NCBI GenBank assembly: GCA_964016885.1
Contig: OZ024741.1
Coordinates: forward strand, 372,000,001-372,064,000
Length of the DNA: 64,000 bases
Source: Eledone cirrhosa
Lineage: Eukaryota
Reading direction: 5' to 3'
The notes beneath the pieces are model-generated. The model did not search any database, was not told the origin of the DNA, and saw nothing but the letters and a program-made list of their open reading frames with translations. The position numbers and the translations under genes were made by a program. This document shows positions 1 to 13,172 of the stretch, in pieces (the stretch's first letter is position 1; the number at the start of each line of letters is the position of its first letter).

Positions 1-21
1 TTGTTAATTATATATATATAT

Positions 22-292
22 TAAAGTCAGCTCGAAAGTAGCACAGAGGAGACTGAGGTTAGCTGGACATGCTCTCCGACATCCAGAGTTGACACTGCAC
101 TCAGTGCTCCTGTGGGAGTCTCTGCATGGACACACTAGAAGATGGAGACCGAGGTTGACATATGTTGATGCCCTAAGGACAGACACGGATCTCTTGGAGA
201 CGTAGAACATGGCAGCGATGATGAGGGACAGAGACTACTGGAGAGAACTCGTCCATGGATCTCGGGAATTTTACCCGCCCTAGATAGATAGG
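22..292 (+). mobile_element. 3' end of a 5'-truncated RTE-clade LINE
   Basis: Plus-strand translation KVAQRRLRLAGHALRHPEL...LLWESLHGHTRRWRPRLTYVDAL...MMRDRDYWRELV matches the typical RTE C-terminus (RRLxxAGH...GRP...DR..W). It has an internal stop and ends in a short (TAGA)n tail. Confidence 0.7.
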
Positions 293-782
293 TATATAGT
301 AAAGCAACGAAATAACGTACCTCCAGAAATCGACTGATGAGTAGGGACTATTTGTTTTTCTGTTTCGCCCATATTTTAAATATACATATATATTTATAAA
401 AATGTACACCCTCGAACATATACACATACAATGCGTTTTTTATATCACCCATGTTGTTATCGGAGCCGCTTAATCAATATTACCTATCTCTATACTCATT
501 CAATATTTCCCCATGCATTGAGTACTCCCATGATTAGTAGTCTCCTCGGTCTCAATATATATATTATAAAGAAGAAAGGCGATTCTTTATAATATTGACA
601 TTCCATCTGATACCTTATAGCTAATACCTTAAGGCAGTGGTCGCCAACCTTTCTAAAACCGAGGAACCCTCTAAATATTTTGAATTCTTCACGGAACCTA
701 TACAAAACTTTTCAAAAAAAAATAATAAAGTATTTATTTATTTTAGTGTTTCATGCGTGTGTATGTAATCGAACACAATTAA

Positions 783-2687
783 CTAGTGGCTTTTCTGCTG
801 CTGCGCCTCATCAGTGAGTTTAGAAAATCGAGGTTCAACACTAGTTAATGCCAGTCTCATACACTCGTCAATTGCTGACAATTTTTTCATCTTCTTTGTG
901 CTGATTTCTACCAACTGCGAAAACCCTTTTTCGCACAAGTAGCTAGATGGGAATAAAGTCAAATATTTCAATGCAAGTTGGCTGATTTCATTAAACTACC
1001 CAATCAAGAATAAGTCGATCCATAGTTCTTTCTTTCTGCTTTCGAATATCACTTTCAGGTCTTCGTTTGAATTCAAATCCATCAACTGATGTAAGCACTG
1101 TGCAGGTAGTACATTTTTACAATTTCCAGCGTCATTTTCTGACACTAACTGCTCGATCTCGGTGAACGGGTTTTTTATCCATAAATTTCCGCTAACAATA
1201 TCTTTTTCCATCAAGTCAAAATAATCTGAAAAACTTGTGGAAAGCACATTTAAATGAGAAAGAATAATCTTCTTTAGATTGCTGGAGTCAAAATCTTCTC
1301 TCTTTTTAAGCTCTATTTCAAGGTTTGAAAGTAATGAGTAATTGTCCGATTCAATTCTTTTTATAAAGATGTTTAATTTTGATTGAAAATACGTAATAAA
1401 ATTGATGGAAGTAAAAATATCTGCATTGTTACCCTGAAGACACTTATTTAGTTTGTTCAGTTCACCAAAAATGTCTACTAAATAAGCGAGTTGCACATTC
1501 CATTCATTGGTTTCTAATACACTTGCTCTTTCATCATTCTGTTTTTTTAGAAAAACTATTATTTCTTCTCTCAGTTCAAAATCTCTCTTCATAGCATCCC
1601 CAAAAGACAGCCAACACACATCATTGTTCAATAACAATCTATTATAATTACTTCCAGAAGATTCACAAATAGATTCAAACATTCTAGAATTTTTTGCTCT
1701 TGCATGGATCAAATTGATAATTTTGACAATGTCTTTCAGCTGGTCATTTAATATTTGAGCATCTCTGTCTTTGAATTCTTTTGAACACAAAACCTCTCGA
1801 TGAATCATACAATGATTTGAAATACAATTTGGGGTCTGTTCTTTAATTTTGCAATCAAACCAGAATTTTTACCAGTCATTGCAGCTGCTCCATCTGTTGT
1901 TATTGAAGTCAACTTGCTCCAAGATACACCATTTTTTTAAAAATACTCTTCAATTTTATTGAATATGTCTTGACCTTTAGTTGTGAATATAGAGTTGTGA
2001 ATATAGACAAAACAAATACTCTTCTACTAATTCTTTTTTATCAAGGTCTACAAACCGTACATAGCAAATTAATTGAGCCTTGTTATTAATATCCGTAGTT
2101 TCGTCCACTTGCAGACCAAAACATATGCTTTTCTTTAGTGCAGTTAGTATCTGATTTTCTATATCAGAAGAAATATCAATTATCCTTCTTTTTACGGTAT
2201 TTGCTGACAATGGTAACTGGCTTAAATTTTCTTTGTCCTTAATACTGCAGCTTTCAAAAAGATTCTCTGTAGCAATTTTTATACTTGGCAGAATTAACTG
2301 TTCTCCTAATGTAAATGGTTTCTTGTTTTTACCAATCAAATGTGAAATTTCAAAAGGTGTTCTTGTTAAAGCTTTATTTCTATCTGACTTTTTACAAAAC
2401 AAGTCATACATATTAGCTTGTGATTTTTTGATGATGTTTTTCAACGAAGTAAAGTATTCCAGTGACTTGTTTCTATCATTGGTGTGATTAGTATCAAGGT
2501 GTCTTTTAAGTTTTACAGGATTTAAAGAGCTATTTGATAGAACTTTTGAACATAGCAAACACATGAGCTGATCTGGTGTATCTTTTTTAGTGTCAGCTTT
2601 TTGAAATCCATATCTAACATAATCATCACACCACTGTCTAACCTTACTGCTGGTATCTAACTTCAGCTTCTTTGCAGTAGACATCAT
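783..2687 (-). pseudogene. Frameshifted Buster-type hAT transposase (ZBED5/ZBED8-like)
   Basis: ORF pieces 1977-2687 (BED finger CLLC...LKRHLDTNH, LSANTVKRRI, GLQVDETTD), an intervening ITTDGAAAMTG segment, 996-1808 (HCMIHRE, LAYLVDIFGELNKLN) and 783-971 (FPSSYLCEKGFS dimerisation domain). At least two frameshifts. Confidence 0.92.
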
Positions 2688-3310
2688 ATCAATGTTATTT
2701 ATATACAGTTAACATTTTATGACATTAATAAACAAGAGAAATTAATTTTTTTTTATTACAAAAAGTACTTAAATTAACTTTAATTTTAGATATTTGGAAA
2801 AACTTAACTAGTTAAAAAAAAATTTTAATTTTAAAAAAATTGAAATTTCTCCATTTTAGGATGGCAAATATATTATTTAAAGTCTTATAATAATATTAAA
2901 ATATTAGGGGTTACTGAAAAAGGTGAAAATTTATAAACAACTAGAAGAAATTTTTTTCAGAGTCCAGCACTTCCTGCATATACTACTTTAGGGTCGTATT
3001 AAATATTATTGGTAATGTAAATATATTTAAATATCCGCCATAGGTGCAAAAAATGCAAATCAGCTGATAGTGTAGAAAATGAGACGATGGTATTGGAAAT
3101 TAATTCAGATAATCTTCTATCTATTTTGACTCAAAGTTAGATATAATATAAGAAGGCTTTAGGCTGCGTTAAACATATATTAGATTGGAACAAATAAAGT
3201 TTAGACAAATGTTTGTGGACATATATATTTATTGTATAAAGTAATTTCTCAATTGTGAATGCAGATGTCATCAAATGAATACATAATTGTGTGGCAAAGT
3301 TTATAGTGTA

Positions 3311-4201
3311 CTAGCATTAAAGCCCGGCGTTGCTCGGGGTCATTAAGTTACCAAAGTTAGGTTGCACCACCCATTTTATGGCAGCACTTTTTTGTCTGCC
3401 AGGCACTGGGTGAATGAATTGCAGACCTGGAAGCATGAGCTGCGCCAGCAGTGACAATTGTAGTTTCGCCTATGGATATTATCTCTGTGCAAAAAAGTGT
3501 TGAAATTTATTGTTTCACAGTACTTGCGTAACACACGCGTAGACGATGCCAGCCGAACAACAGAGCTGCAATGGAGTTGTTCTGCATGGTTGCCTGTGTG
3601 TTTTCTAAATTTAAGACAGTAGGGAAGGTTGTGATATGAGGGAGAGTTAGCTGTTGTTTCTAGCAGGTTTAGTGACCTCATAGAGGATATGTGTTTTCTA
3701 AATTTAAGACAGTAGGGAGTGGTGTGATATGGGGGGAGTTAACTGCTGTTTCTAACAGGTTTAGTGACCTCATAGAAGATATGTTTTCTAAATTTAAGAC
3801 AGTAGGGAGGGGTGTGATAGGGGGGGGGAGTTAGCTGCTGTTTCTAGCAGGTTTAGTAACCTCATAGAGGATATGTGTTTTCTAAATTTAAGACATTAGG
3901 GAGTGGTGTGAACGGACAGTATCACCATCAAGCTTGGAAAGAGAAAGTAGCAGAAAGTATGACGTTGTATAGATTTTGAATGGTAGTAGAAAGAGTTCAG
4001 CAGTTTAAATGAGAGAGAAAAATCGTAAAATATTGAGTTTTATCTATTTTTTGCGTAATTGTGGGTGAAATTGAAAAAATTATCTGCGTCAAGACGCAAT
4101 CGAAACTATTTCGAATACTGAATTGTAAATTTCAATTGAAGAAATTCTATATCGTAGATTTCTATAACGATGGAGCATGACCACATACTGAGCTTTATAG
4201 A
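3311..4201 (-). mobile_element. Non-autonomous Helitron nested in the hAT 5' region
   Basis: The minus strand starts A|TCTATAAAG and ends with the hairpin CCCGAGCAACGCCGGG followed by CTAG|T: canonical TC...CTAG ends inserted between A and T with no TSD. Confidence 0.8.
3598..3910. repeat. ~92-bp minisatellite, ~3.4 copies, inside the Helitron
   Basis: Unit (G)TGTTTTCTAAATTTAAGACAGTAGGG...GACCTCATAGAGGATAT recurs at ~3598, 3691, 3782 and 3875. Confidence 0.9.
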
Positions 4202-5031
4202 TTATGATGCATGGAATACAAAATTACCTTTGTTAGTAGTCGAAACTTTACAGGCGTTATATTTTCTGTGCAAAGTACAACAGAATGTAACGTGTTCTTC
4301 ATTGTCTGTGGAACTGGATGCATGTTGAAAACTACTAGTAAGCGAGTTCACTCTGTGAGGAAACTTTAGGCGACTTTAAAGCTTTTGTGAGGACAGCAGA
4401 TTAAAACGTGTTCTCTATTGAAAACATTCTACTGAACTTACGTTGTGAGAACAGCGAACTGACCCTGTCTCTCGGCTGAGAGACCTCGCTGAACTGAAGT
4501 TTTCAGTTTAAAGTTATGTTGTCGTCGACCAACATTTACTTGTTCGTGATTGGTCAATTTCTAAGTTCAATTAGTGTATTATCAGTAGTAGTCAAATTCT
4601 CGGAATTCAGAAAATTATGTCTTTCCAAGAATTGATGTGAAATTGAAAGTATTCAATTTCCACGAATCTCAGAACAGTGTTTTTCTGCTAATTCAAGTGA
4701 GAAACTGAAAGTAGTGTTTTCCACGAATTGGAGTGGAGAACCTGTGTACACTACAATAGTACTCGTTCATTTATACGTTGCACCTTTGGCATTTTCTTTG
4801 CATCTTTTTCAGAAAACCCAAAATATTAATGGTAATGTAAATATTTATTTTTTTAAGGAACCCGGAGTTTGTTTTACGGAACCCCAAGGTTCCGCGGAAT
4901 CCATGTTGGCGACCACTGCCTTAAGGGTCCCATATTGTGGAGTGCTTACGGCTTTTTACACTACAATTGGTCGTGTAATTGATTAACCAACGTTCCTTTA
5001 CTTGAATTATGTGTGTTTGTGTGTGTTAGTA

Positions 5032-5073
<42 letters not shown>

Positions 5074-5929
5074 GGAGAAAGTGAGAGAGAAAGAGAGTGA
5101 GATAGAGGAAGTGTGTGTGTGGGCATGACATATGTAAATCTTTAAAATTTACACACACAAACACACCCGCACAGACAGACAAAATGCATTTCCTATCTCA
5201 CTCATGTTGCAGCAATAAGAAGTTCCCTTTCCAATCACAAGGTTCTGGTTTCTAAACCTACGATTGTTCCAGTAAAGTTACTCACACGTTTAATCCTGTA
5301 TGTCATTTCTACATACATGATAAGCATTTACGTAATTATATCCCAGAAATAAATTATTAAAATATCATTTTTATCTTTAGTGTTAGTAATCAACATAAAC
5401 TATAGGGTTTTTCTTATGCAAACAATAAATTTATCAACATGCAACTTTCCCAGTATAGAAGTTAATTATACACCACCACCCACCCCACACATAGATACAC
5501 ACGCAAAAAAAGGATTTAGCTAACATTTTTCGTATTGAATGAGATTTTTGCTTTTGAATTTTTTCCGAAATTGCTTCAAAAGGGAGACTAAGTTGTGCTG
5601 TTAATGTAATATCGTTTTTCCATGTTGGTATGTGTTTGACATACCCGCAGTAAAACAAATTGCCACATTCTGTATTAACTATTTATCAAAAGCATTAACA
5701 TCAGCTTTGAGATAGGAAAATACAATTGAACCTAGTATTTCTCCAGTATTCTCAGCTCGATGGTAAATGTGTGTGTGTGTATTGAAGGCCCCCTTGGATG
5801 ATAACAGGTTGTTGTTTGCTTCACCAAGCCACACGTTAAGGTAGGGTGTTAGAAAAGAGTAAAGTTAGGAGAGAGAGGTGGATAGAGAGAAAAAAAAGGG
5901 TTCATCAAGATGGATGGGGTGGGCAGGCA

Positions 5930-6175
5930 AGTATTCCTGCGTGCGTGAGTATGTATTGTCCCGTAACACAAAGATGGTAAAAACGAAACGTACAAAAATG
6001 AAATTATCACGATCCACATGACAGGTGCAATGTGTTCGAACACGGAAGAGCGCATCACATCCATCTCTCTCGCCCTTCCCACCTCTCTGTATAGTGAGCA
6101 AATGGGGACCCACGTGCTGGCCGCCCTACAGCCCCGGCGGACAGAATAGAGAAGGTGTTTCTTCGGAGGATGGCA
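5930..6175 (-). mobile_element. 3' fragment of the CRE-type retrotransposon family seen at 49287-52583
   Basis: 6100-6172 is closely similar to 49500-49572 (encodes AILRRNTFSILSAGAVGRP versus TILRGNTFFILSARAVGRS). The left boundary is approximate. Confidence 0.65.
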
Positions 6176-6385
6176 GTCATCCATGTAAGATTCCCTTCTC
6201 CACGACACAAATGTTGTGCAAGGAACCAGCAAAGACCAATATTGATGCAACTCATTGAGTGAACTGGAGTAATGTGAAATAAAGCATCTTATTCAAGGAC
6301 ACAACGCATGGCCCGATCTGGGAATCAAACTCACAGCCTTATGTTCCAGGGCCCAGCACTCTAACCTCACCAGGCCACGCGCCTT
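6176..6385 (-). mobile_element. tRNA-derived SINE with CORE-like segment (related pieces at ~13805-14010 +, ~28480-28565 -, ~42440-42760 -)
   Basis: Minus strand GGCGCGTGGCCTGGTGAGGTTAG (A box)...GAGTTTGATTCCC (B box), then GTGTCCTTGAATAAG, which resembles the CORE motif GTGACCTTGGGCAAG. Confidence 0.6.
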
Positions 6386-6982
6386 TATGATACTGTTTAA
6401 AGCAAGAAATAATTTTCGACTGGGTTTATAAGATGTTTTTCGATGGAAGTTACGGTTTTATACTATGAGAGAAAGGTTTACTCTGAAGAAATTCTGTATT
6501 TGTACGACAATGAAGAATATGTGTAATTCGATGTGTGGGGTAAATTTGCAGACTGGTTATCATGTGGAACTAAAATAAAATAAAAACATTACTCAGCTTA
6601 AATAGATGTACTAAAAATGAGGTTTATGATGTATAGGGATGATGTAGGGCCGTTATAACTGTTTAAGTATCATTTCATTGACACCGGGTTCTACAGAAAA
6701 TCGGGCTAGATGTGTTTGTAAATTGTACCGAATTGTGCACAGAATAAAGTAGGTTGTTTATAAACTGTATACAGGAGTTAATGGATGTGTATTTGAAAAA
6801 AGGGTTGGAATAAATATGTTTATAGTTCTTCCTGCTCATTTTTTAACATGACATATTCAAATTGTTAATTTTATTCTTGTTCTGGTTTTGATAGTTTAAT
6901 TATATTTATGTTATTTTTTTAGCTTTTAGATGTTAGAAATAAAAACTTAGAAAAGTTTAAATATATTTCATGTAAATATAAT

Positions 6983-7171
6983 TGTTTCTACTTTTTGGCA
7001 CAAGGCCAGCAATTATGCTAGTGCATTACTGGTACTTTATTTTATCAACCCCGTAAGGATAAAAGGCAAAGTTGACCTCGGCGGGATTTGAACTCAGACT
7101 GTAAAGGGACGTAACTCTATGCTGCAAAGCATGGCGCCCGACCCTCTACCAATACTGTTAATCCACCTCAC
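6983..7171 (-). mobile_element. tRNA-derived SINE (dominant young family in this window)
   Basis: A/B-box head (B box GAGTTCAAATCCC), conserved central GCCTTT..ATCCTTACGGGG..GATAAA and tail GTAGAAACAATTAT. 16-bp TSD TTCATGTAAATATAAT at 6967-6982 and 7172-7187. Confidence 0.9.
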
Positions 7172-7296
7172 TTCATGTAAATATAATGAAGTAGAAACCA
7201 CCCTATGTAAAGAAGGACATGTAAACATTGTTTTATTATTCCCTCTATATACAGAAAAAGAACATTACAAATTATTCTTACGAGTTTTATACATTA

Positions 7297-7871
7297 CTAG
7301 CAGTGGTACCCGGCGTTGCACGGAATAAGGTATTTTGAAATATATAACCGCCTTAGCTAAGCTTAGTATTGCCATAACCACGGCTGGCAAAGATGTAAGG
7401 GTCTGGTGGTACGTAAGTAAGCAACACTGTTGGTTAAAACGTGAGGAAGAAGTTGTGTGCACTTACCAACTGTTTGGAGAATGAGTCTTGAGCAAGGGTG
7501 GCAAAATAACCGGAGGCAGCAGACATACAGACAGATATTATAAGGGCGCGTTCTGGACGCAGAGCGAATTGTAGGAAGTGACGTAATGCAGACAGCCAGA
7601 CATACAGACAGATATTATAAGGGCGCGACGTTATATGTATGTACCTATCTAAAAAGCGAAAGACTAAGAATTATAGAGAGAGATCGCTAAATCGCCTAAT
7701 GCGGTCCCTAGGGCATTGAAAATTTGAAATTCCTTTTGCTCAGAACACTCCCTGAAACATAAGTATTACATGTGTAAAGTTTGAAAACAGTCGGTTGGGT
7801 GCTTCTCTAGTTTTAGGGAATCAAACTCACACACACACACAGACAGACATCCTCAGTTTTATATATATAGA
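7297..7871 (-). mobile_element. Non-autonomous Helitron
   Basis: Minus-strand 5' TCTATATATATAAAACTGAGGATGTCTG and 3' CCGTGCAACGCCGG hairpin plus CTAG|T. The 5' end resembles the Helitron at 22304. Confidence 0.75.
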
Positions 7872-8041
7872 CAAGGCCAGCAATTAACCAGTACATTACT
7901 GGTACTTGATTTTATCGACCCCGTGAGGATGAAAGGCAAAGTTAACCTCGGCGGTATTTGAACTCAGACCGTAAAGGGACGTAACTCCATGCTATGAAGC
8001 ATGGTGTCCGACTCTCTACAGATTCTGCCAATCCACCGCCC
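7872..8041 (-). mobile_element. tRNA-derived SINE copy lacking its 3' tail
   Basis: Same family as 6983-7171; the head GGGCGGTGGATTGGCAGAATC starts at 8041. Confidence 0.85.
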
Positions 8042-8284
8042 TAATGTCTGTACGTAATGAGGGAGTGAGAGGGGAGAGAAAGAAAGGCAGAGGTGAAGTG
8101 ACGAAGTGACTCTCTCCTCCTCCTCCTCCTCCATCTCCCCATTCGTCACAGCGATAGAGGAGAGGAATGTTAGTGTGTTACAAAGAGAAAGAGTGAGAGT
8201 GAGAGAAACAGACAGACTAAAAGAGAGGGATAGCTGGAAAGAGAGAGAGAGAGATAGCAACAGATACAGTACAGTAGCTAAGGG

Positions 8285-8603
8285 ATATATATATATTTCT
8301 GTGTATATATATATACATTTCTGTGTGTGTAATATATATATATATATACACACATGGAAATATATATATATTTCTGTGTGTGTATATATATATATATATT
8401 ACACACACAGAAATGTATATATATTTCTGTGTGTGTATATATATATATTACACACACAGAAATGTATATATATTTCTGTGTGTATATATATATATATTAC
8501 ACACACAGAAATGTATATATATTTCTGTGTGTATATATATATATTTCTGTGTGTGTATATATATATATATTACACACACACAGAAATGTATATATGTTTC
8601 TGT
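8285..8603. repeat. Quasi-palindromic minisatellite (~48-bp unit)
   Basis: Repeated TTTCTGTGTGT(AT)nTACACACACAGAAATGT; each unit is self-complementary. Confidence 0.85.
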
Positions 8604-9299
8604 ATCACTCCTCAATTCCCGCCTCTCTCCCTCCCGCTATCCCCCTCTTGTATTCTGTCTCTTTCTTTCACTCTCACTCTCTCTCTCTCTCTCTACGCGT
8701 GCGCAAAAAACATTCGCACGCGCGCACGTGTTTCCACTGTCGGACAGACAGACAGAGAAATTGTTGGTTGTATATTATAAGGAGATTGTAGCTGAAGCAG
8801 AAGATAACTCTCACTATGATTCTGTCTACAAAGGGACATTGATAGCATTGCTATTTATGTCAAGCAGGGTATAGAACATAACTGAAATAGTCATCTTTAT
8901 TTGCATGATGCAGTCCTGTCAACTCTCCCCGCCAGACGAGGAGATCTCCCACCTACTTTGAGGTGGGTGAGAGATGTCTTCTCTTGTGAAAATTCGTATA
9001 GCTTTCATTGAGTAAAATCTCCCCATTTTACCTCATTTCACCCCGTTTTCAGGCACTTTTTTTCATGGTACTCCCCGTTTCGGTTTTTAGAGGTTGGCGG
9101 ATCTGATGATGTGCTTTTGTTTGGCAACGTCACTCGAAATGTTCGTAAACCGAAACTATTTTTCCTATACGAAATGTTAAGAGAGAAATACAGTGAGCGA
9201 AGGACTGTGTGTGAAAGACAAATAGATATCACCATAGTAACTAACTCCACAGCGAGTGACGCTTTCCTGTCGATATTCCAAGATTGTTACCAACCGTTG

Positions 9300-9423
9300 T
9301 TGCCGGTTTGCATCTTCGTTACTCGAGACACCATTCGTGAACTGAGATCTTTTATGTTCGGAAAAATTGTTCGTGAACAGTTTTGTTGGTGACGCTAGGT
9401 GTTCGTGAGCCGAGGTTCCACTG
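9300..9423 (-). mobile_element. End of a pogo/Tigger-like DNA element
   Basis: The minus strand begins CAGTGGAACCTCGG, a Tigger-type TIR, with subterminal TTCGTGA repeats. No partner TIR or TA TSD was found. Confidence 0.4.
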
Positions 9424-9726
9424 GTTTTGTATGTATATATATATATGGTTATTGATTAGGCGAGACCCACTGATAAAGCTACATGCGCTGATTGTGCATT
9501 GTTGCATAATAAATGCAGATAATAGATGCTGTACGCTCTCTTGCTGCATTAAGTGTGGCCGAAATTCGAGTACGGGTATAAATTTATGGTATCCATTTAC
9601 GTGTGTTGTATTAAAGCAATTAACTTTGTGTCTACTCTGGGACTTTGACATAACCTTACCTATTGAGTACGCTGTGATGCAACCGGTACTAGCAGCGAAA
9701 CTTATGCTAGTCCCGTCAACTTCTTA

Positions 9727-9867
<141 letters not shown>

Positions 9868-10068
9868 TATGTCAACACCACAATATGACATACACACACA
9901 CACATAATACCTTCTACTTTAGAAAATAAAAACCCGAACTAAATAAACCTTAACATACGTTTGCACTGGCAATACAACAGCAAACACGAAAAAGTAAGGA
10001 AAATATGTGCATTCAAAAATATTCCTACTAAAGGAATCACTTTCCTACACACACACATACACACACAC

Positions 10069-10099
<31 letters not shown>

Positions 10100-10353
10100 T
10101 CTCTTCATCTTAACATGCTAACCATACTCCCACACACATAACACCCATACACACACATAACAACCCCCACACCTACAACTCCCTCCCCATTTCTACTAAT
10201 AGAACTACTTTCCTACACACATATATATATATACACACACACAAAATATATATTCTCTCCATCTTAACATACTCGCACACACACACATAACACCCATATA
10301 CACACACACACAACTCCCTCCCCCATCTCTACTAATAGAATCATCTTCCAATA

Positions 10354-10412
<59 letters not shown>

Positions 10413-10987
10413 ACACACAAGCACACAAATAAACATACATATCTTCAGTCTCAATAGAAAATCTGAACTCTGACACCCCGGCGAGCTGGCCATATTCACT
10501 GAACCAGAACATTTCTCCCAATCCCTTTTCTCTTGACCACTATCTCTCCATTGTCATAACATTCACTATAAAGACTACAGAATAGTTTTCCAAATAAGGG
10601 CGCAAAAATGTAATAAAAACTTGTTCACGTGACAGCCAAATTTCATTTATAACCAACCAAAAAAAAGCCTTCGTGAGCCTCCTTTTTTCAAGTAAAAAGA
10701 AATTCAAACACTCATATATGAAAAAACAACCTGTGACAACCCCCCACCCCCTCTCTTATTTGAAGAACTATTGTAACGCGAACTGGCGCGAAATTTATTA
10801 TAATTATTGACAAACCAATCAAATTACTTTTCGAAAAACCTGGAATTTCGAGCCACTTTTTCCATATAAAACAACTCACCTTTTGAAAAGCAGAAGAACT
10901 GCGAAACCGGTAAAGGAACCAAATAAAAATATATATATTTTTTAAAAAAATAAGACTTCAGTTGCATTTTCGATTTCATCTCTTTTT

Positions 10988-11031
<44 letters not shown>

Positions 11032-11249
11032 ATTAAGTTAAAGTGTACATCTACATATGTATACGGAAGTATTAGTATGCATATAAATACACACATGTAT
11101 ACATCTGTACATGTACTCAGTTTTTTCACTAGACACTTTACAGTGAGTGTCAGCTAGTCTGTATGTAACCACACAGACAGACCGGGTTTTAGAGTCATAC
11201 GAGGATTCAAGGAAACACATTTCCTCTATTCTCCAGAGGGCCAGACAGG

Positions 11250-11294
11250 AATATTGGACTAGTTTCGATGTTATTACATCTCATCAGCAATATT
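11250..11294 (-). ncRNA. Minimal type I hammerhead ribozyme (array copy 1)
   Basis: Reverse complement AATATTG-CTGATGA-GATGT-AATA-ACATC-GAAA-CTAG-TC-CAATATT: intact core, 7-bp stem I, 5-bp stem II, palindromic stem III, GUC cleavage triplet. Confidence 0.9.
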
Positions 11295-11719
11295 TACCCA
11301 TCTTCCGGCTTCTCTGGAGAATTGTAAAAGCACATATCGTTATATGCTTTTTCTATGAAAATTAGTAGTGGGTAGACTAATTTGCATAGAACGTGAGTCA
11401 TTGTACGCACCGGTTCAGCGGAAACGATAAAAACAAATAACGAAACGAAATTAAATTTCGTTTCGCTTCTAACTCACTTTTGTATGACTGACGCTTAAAC
11501 AATTAAGTTAAAGTGTACATCTACATATGTATACGGAAGTATTAGTATGCATATAAATACACACATGTATACATCTGTACATGTACTCAGTTTTTTCACT
11601 AGACACTTTACAGTGAGTGTCAGCTAGTCTGTATGTAACCACACAGACGGACCGGGTTTTAGAGTCATACGAGGTTTCAAGGAAACACATTTCCTCTATT
11701 CTCCAGAGGGCCAGACAGG

Positions 11720-11764
11720 AATATTGGACTAGTTTCGATGTTATTACATCTCATCAGCAATATT
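11720..11764 (-). ncRNA. Minimal type I hammerhead ribozyme (array copy 2)
   Basis: Identical to 11250-11294, 470 bp away. Confidence 0.9.
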
Positions 11765-12189
11765 TACCCATCTTCCGGCTTCTCTGGAGAATTGTAAAAG
11801 CACATATCGTTATATGCTTTTTCTATGAAAATTAGTAGTGGGTAGACTAATTTGCATAGAACGTGAGTCATTGTACGCACCGGTTCAGCGGAAACGATAA
11901 AAACAAATAACGAAACGAAATTAAATTTCGTTTCGCTTCTAACTCACTTTTGTATGACTGACGCTTAAACAATTAAGTTAAAGTGTACATCTACATATGT
12001 ATACGGAAGTATTAGTATGCATATAAATACACACATGTATACATCTGTACATGTACTCAGTTTTTTCACTAGACACTTTACAGTGAGTGTCAGCTAGTCT
12101 GTATGTAACCACACAGACGGACCGGGTTTTAGAGTCATACGAGGTTTCAGGGAAACACATTTCCTCTATTCTCCAGAGGGCCAGACAGG

Positions 12190-12234
12190 AATATTGGACT
12201 AGTTTCGATGTTATTACATCTCATCAGCAATATT
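12190..12234 (-). ncRNA. Minimal type I hammerhead ribozyme (array copy 3)
   Basis: Identical to 11250-11294. Confidence 0.9.
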
Positions 12235-12371
12235 TACCCATCTTCCGGCTTCTCTGGAGAATTGTAAAAGCACGTTCTATGCAAATTAGTCTACCCACTA
12301 CTAATTTTCATAGAAAAAGCATATAACGATATGTGCTTTTACAATTCTCCAGAGAAGCCGGAAGATGGGTA

Positions 12372-12416
12372 AATATTGCTGATGAGATGTAATAACATCG
12401 AAACTAGTCCAATATT
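12372..12416 (+). ncRNA. Minimal type I hammerhead ribozyme (array copy 4)
   Basis: AATATTGCTGATGAGATGTAATAACATCGAAACTAGTCCAATATT; predicted cleavage after C12409. Confidence 0.9.
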
Positions 12417-12841
12417 CCTGTCTGGCCCTCTGGAGAATAGAGGAAATGTGTTTCCCTGAAACCTCGTATGACTCTAAAACCCGGTCCGTCTGTGTGGTTA
12501 CATACAGACTAGCTGACACTCACTGTAAAGTGTCTAGTGAAAAAACTGAGTACATGTACAGATGTATACATGTGTGTATTTATATGCATACTAATACTTC
12601 CGTATACATATGTAGATGTACACTTTAACTTAATTGTTTAAGCGTCAGTCATACAAAAGTGAGTTAGAAGCGAAACGAAATTTAATTTCGTTTCGTTATT
12701 TGTTTTTATAGTTTCCGCTGAACCGGTGCGTACAATGACTCACGTTCTATGCAAATTAGTCTACCCACTACTAATTTTCATAGAAAAAGCATATAACGAT
12801 ATGTGCTTTTACAATTCTCCAGAGAAGCCGGAAGATGGGTA

Positions 12842-12886
12842 AATATTGCTGATGAGATGTAATAACATCGAAACTAGTCCAATATT
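12842..12886 (+). ncRNA. Minimal type I hammerhead ribozyme (array copy 5)
   Basis: Identical to 12372-12416; predicted cleavage after C12879. Confidence 0.9.
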
Positions 12887-13172
12887 CCTGTCTGGCCCTC
12901 TGGAGAATAGAGGAAATGTGTTTCCTTGAAACCTCGTATGACTCTAAAACCCGGTCCGTCTGTGTGGTTACATACAGACTAGCTGACACTCACTGTAAAG
13001 TGTCTAGTGAAAAAACTGAGTACATGTACAGATGTATACATGTGTGTATTTATATGCATACTAATACTTCCGTATACATATGTAGATGTACACTTTAACT
13101 TAATTGTTTAAGCGTCAGTCATACAAAAGTGAGTTAGAAGCGAAACGAAATTTAATTTCGTTTCGTTATTTG

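Larger units (their letters stand above)
635..4918 (-). mobile_element. Full-length hAT (Buster/Charlie-type) DNA transposon
   Basis: Perfect 14-bp TIRs CAGTGGTCGCCAAC (635-648) and GTTGGCGACCACTG (4905-4918). Perfect 8-bp TSD CCTTAAGG (627-634, 4919-4926) with the central TA typical of Buster elements. Transposase lies inside. Confidence 0.95.

Noticed and set aside
305-345. CTGATGA near 333, and similar GAAA...CTGATGA order at 18880-18920 and 19460-19500
   Set aside because: No consistent stems I-III could be drawn; at most decayed pLTR remnants.
11038-13098. Repeated 60-79-aa ORFs in the 470-bp array
   Set aside because: They recur only because the DNA is repeated. No recognisable domain, mostly non-ATG starts, and they overlap the ribozyme or other hairpins.
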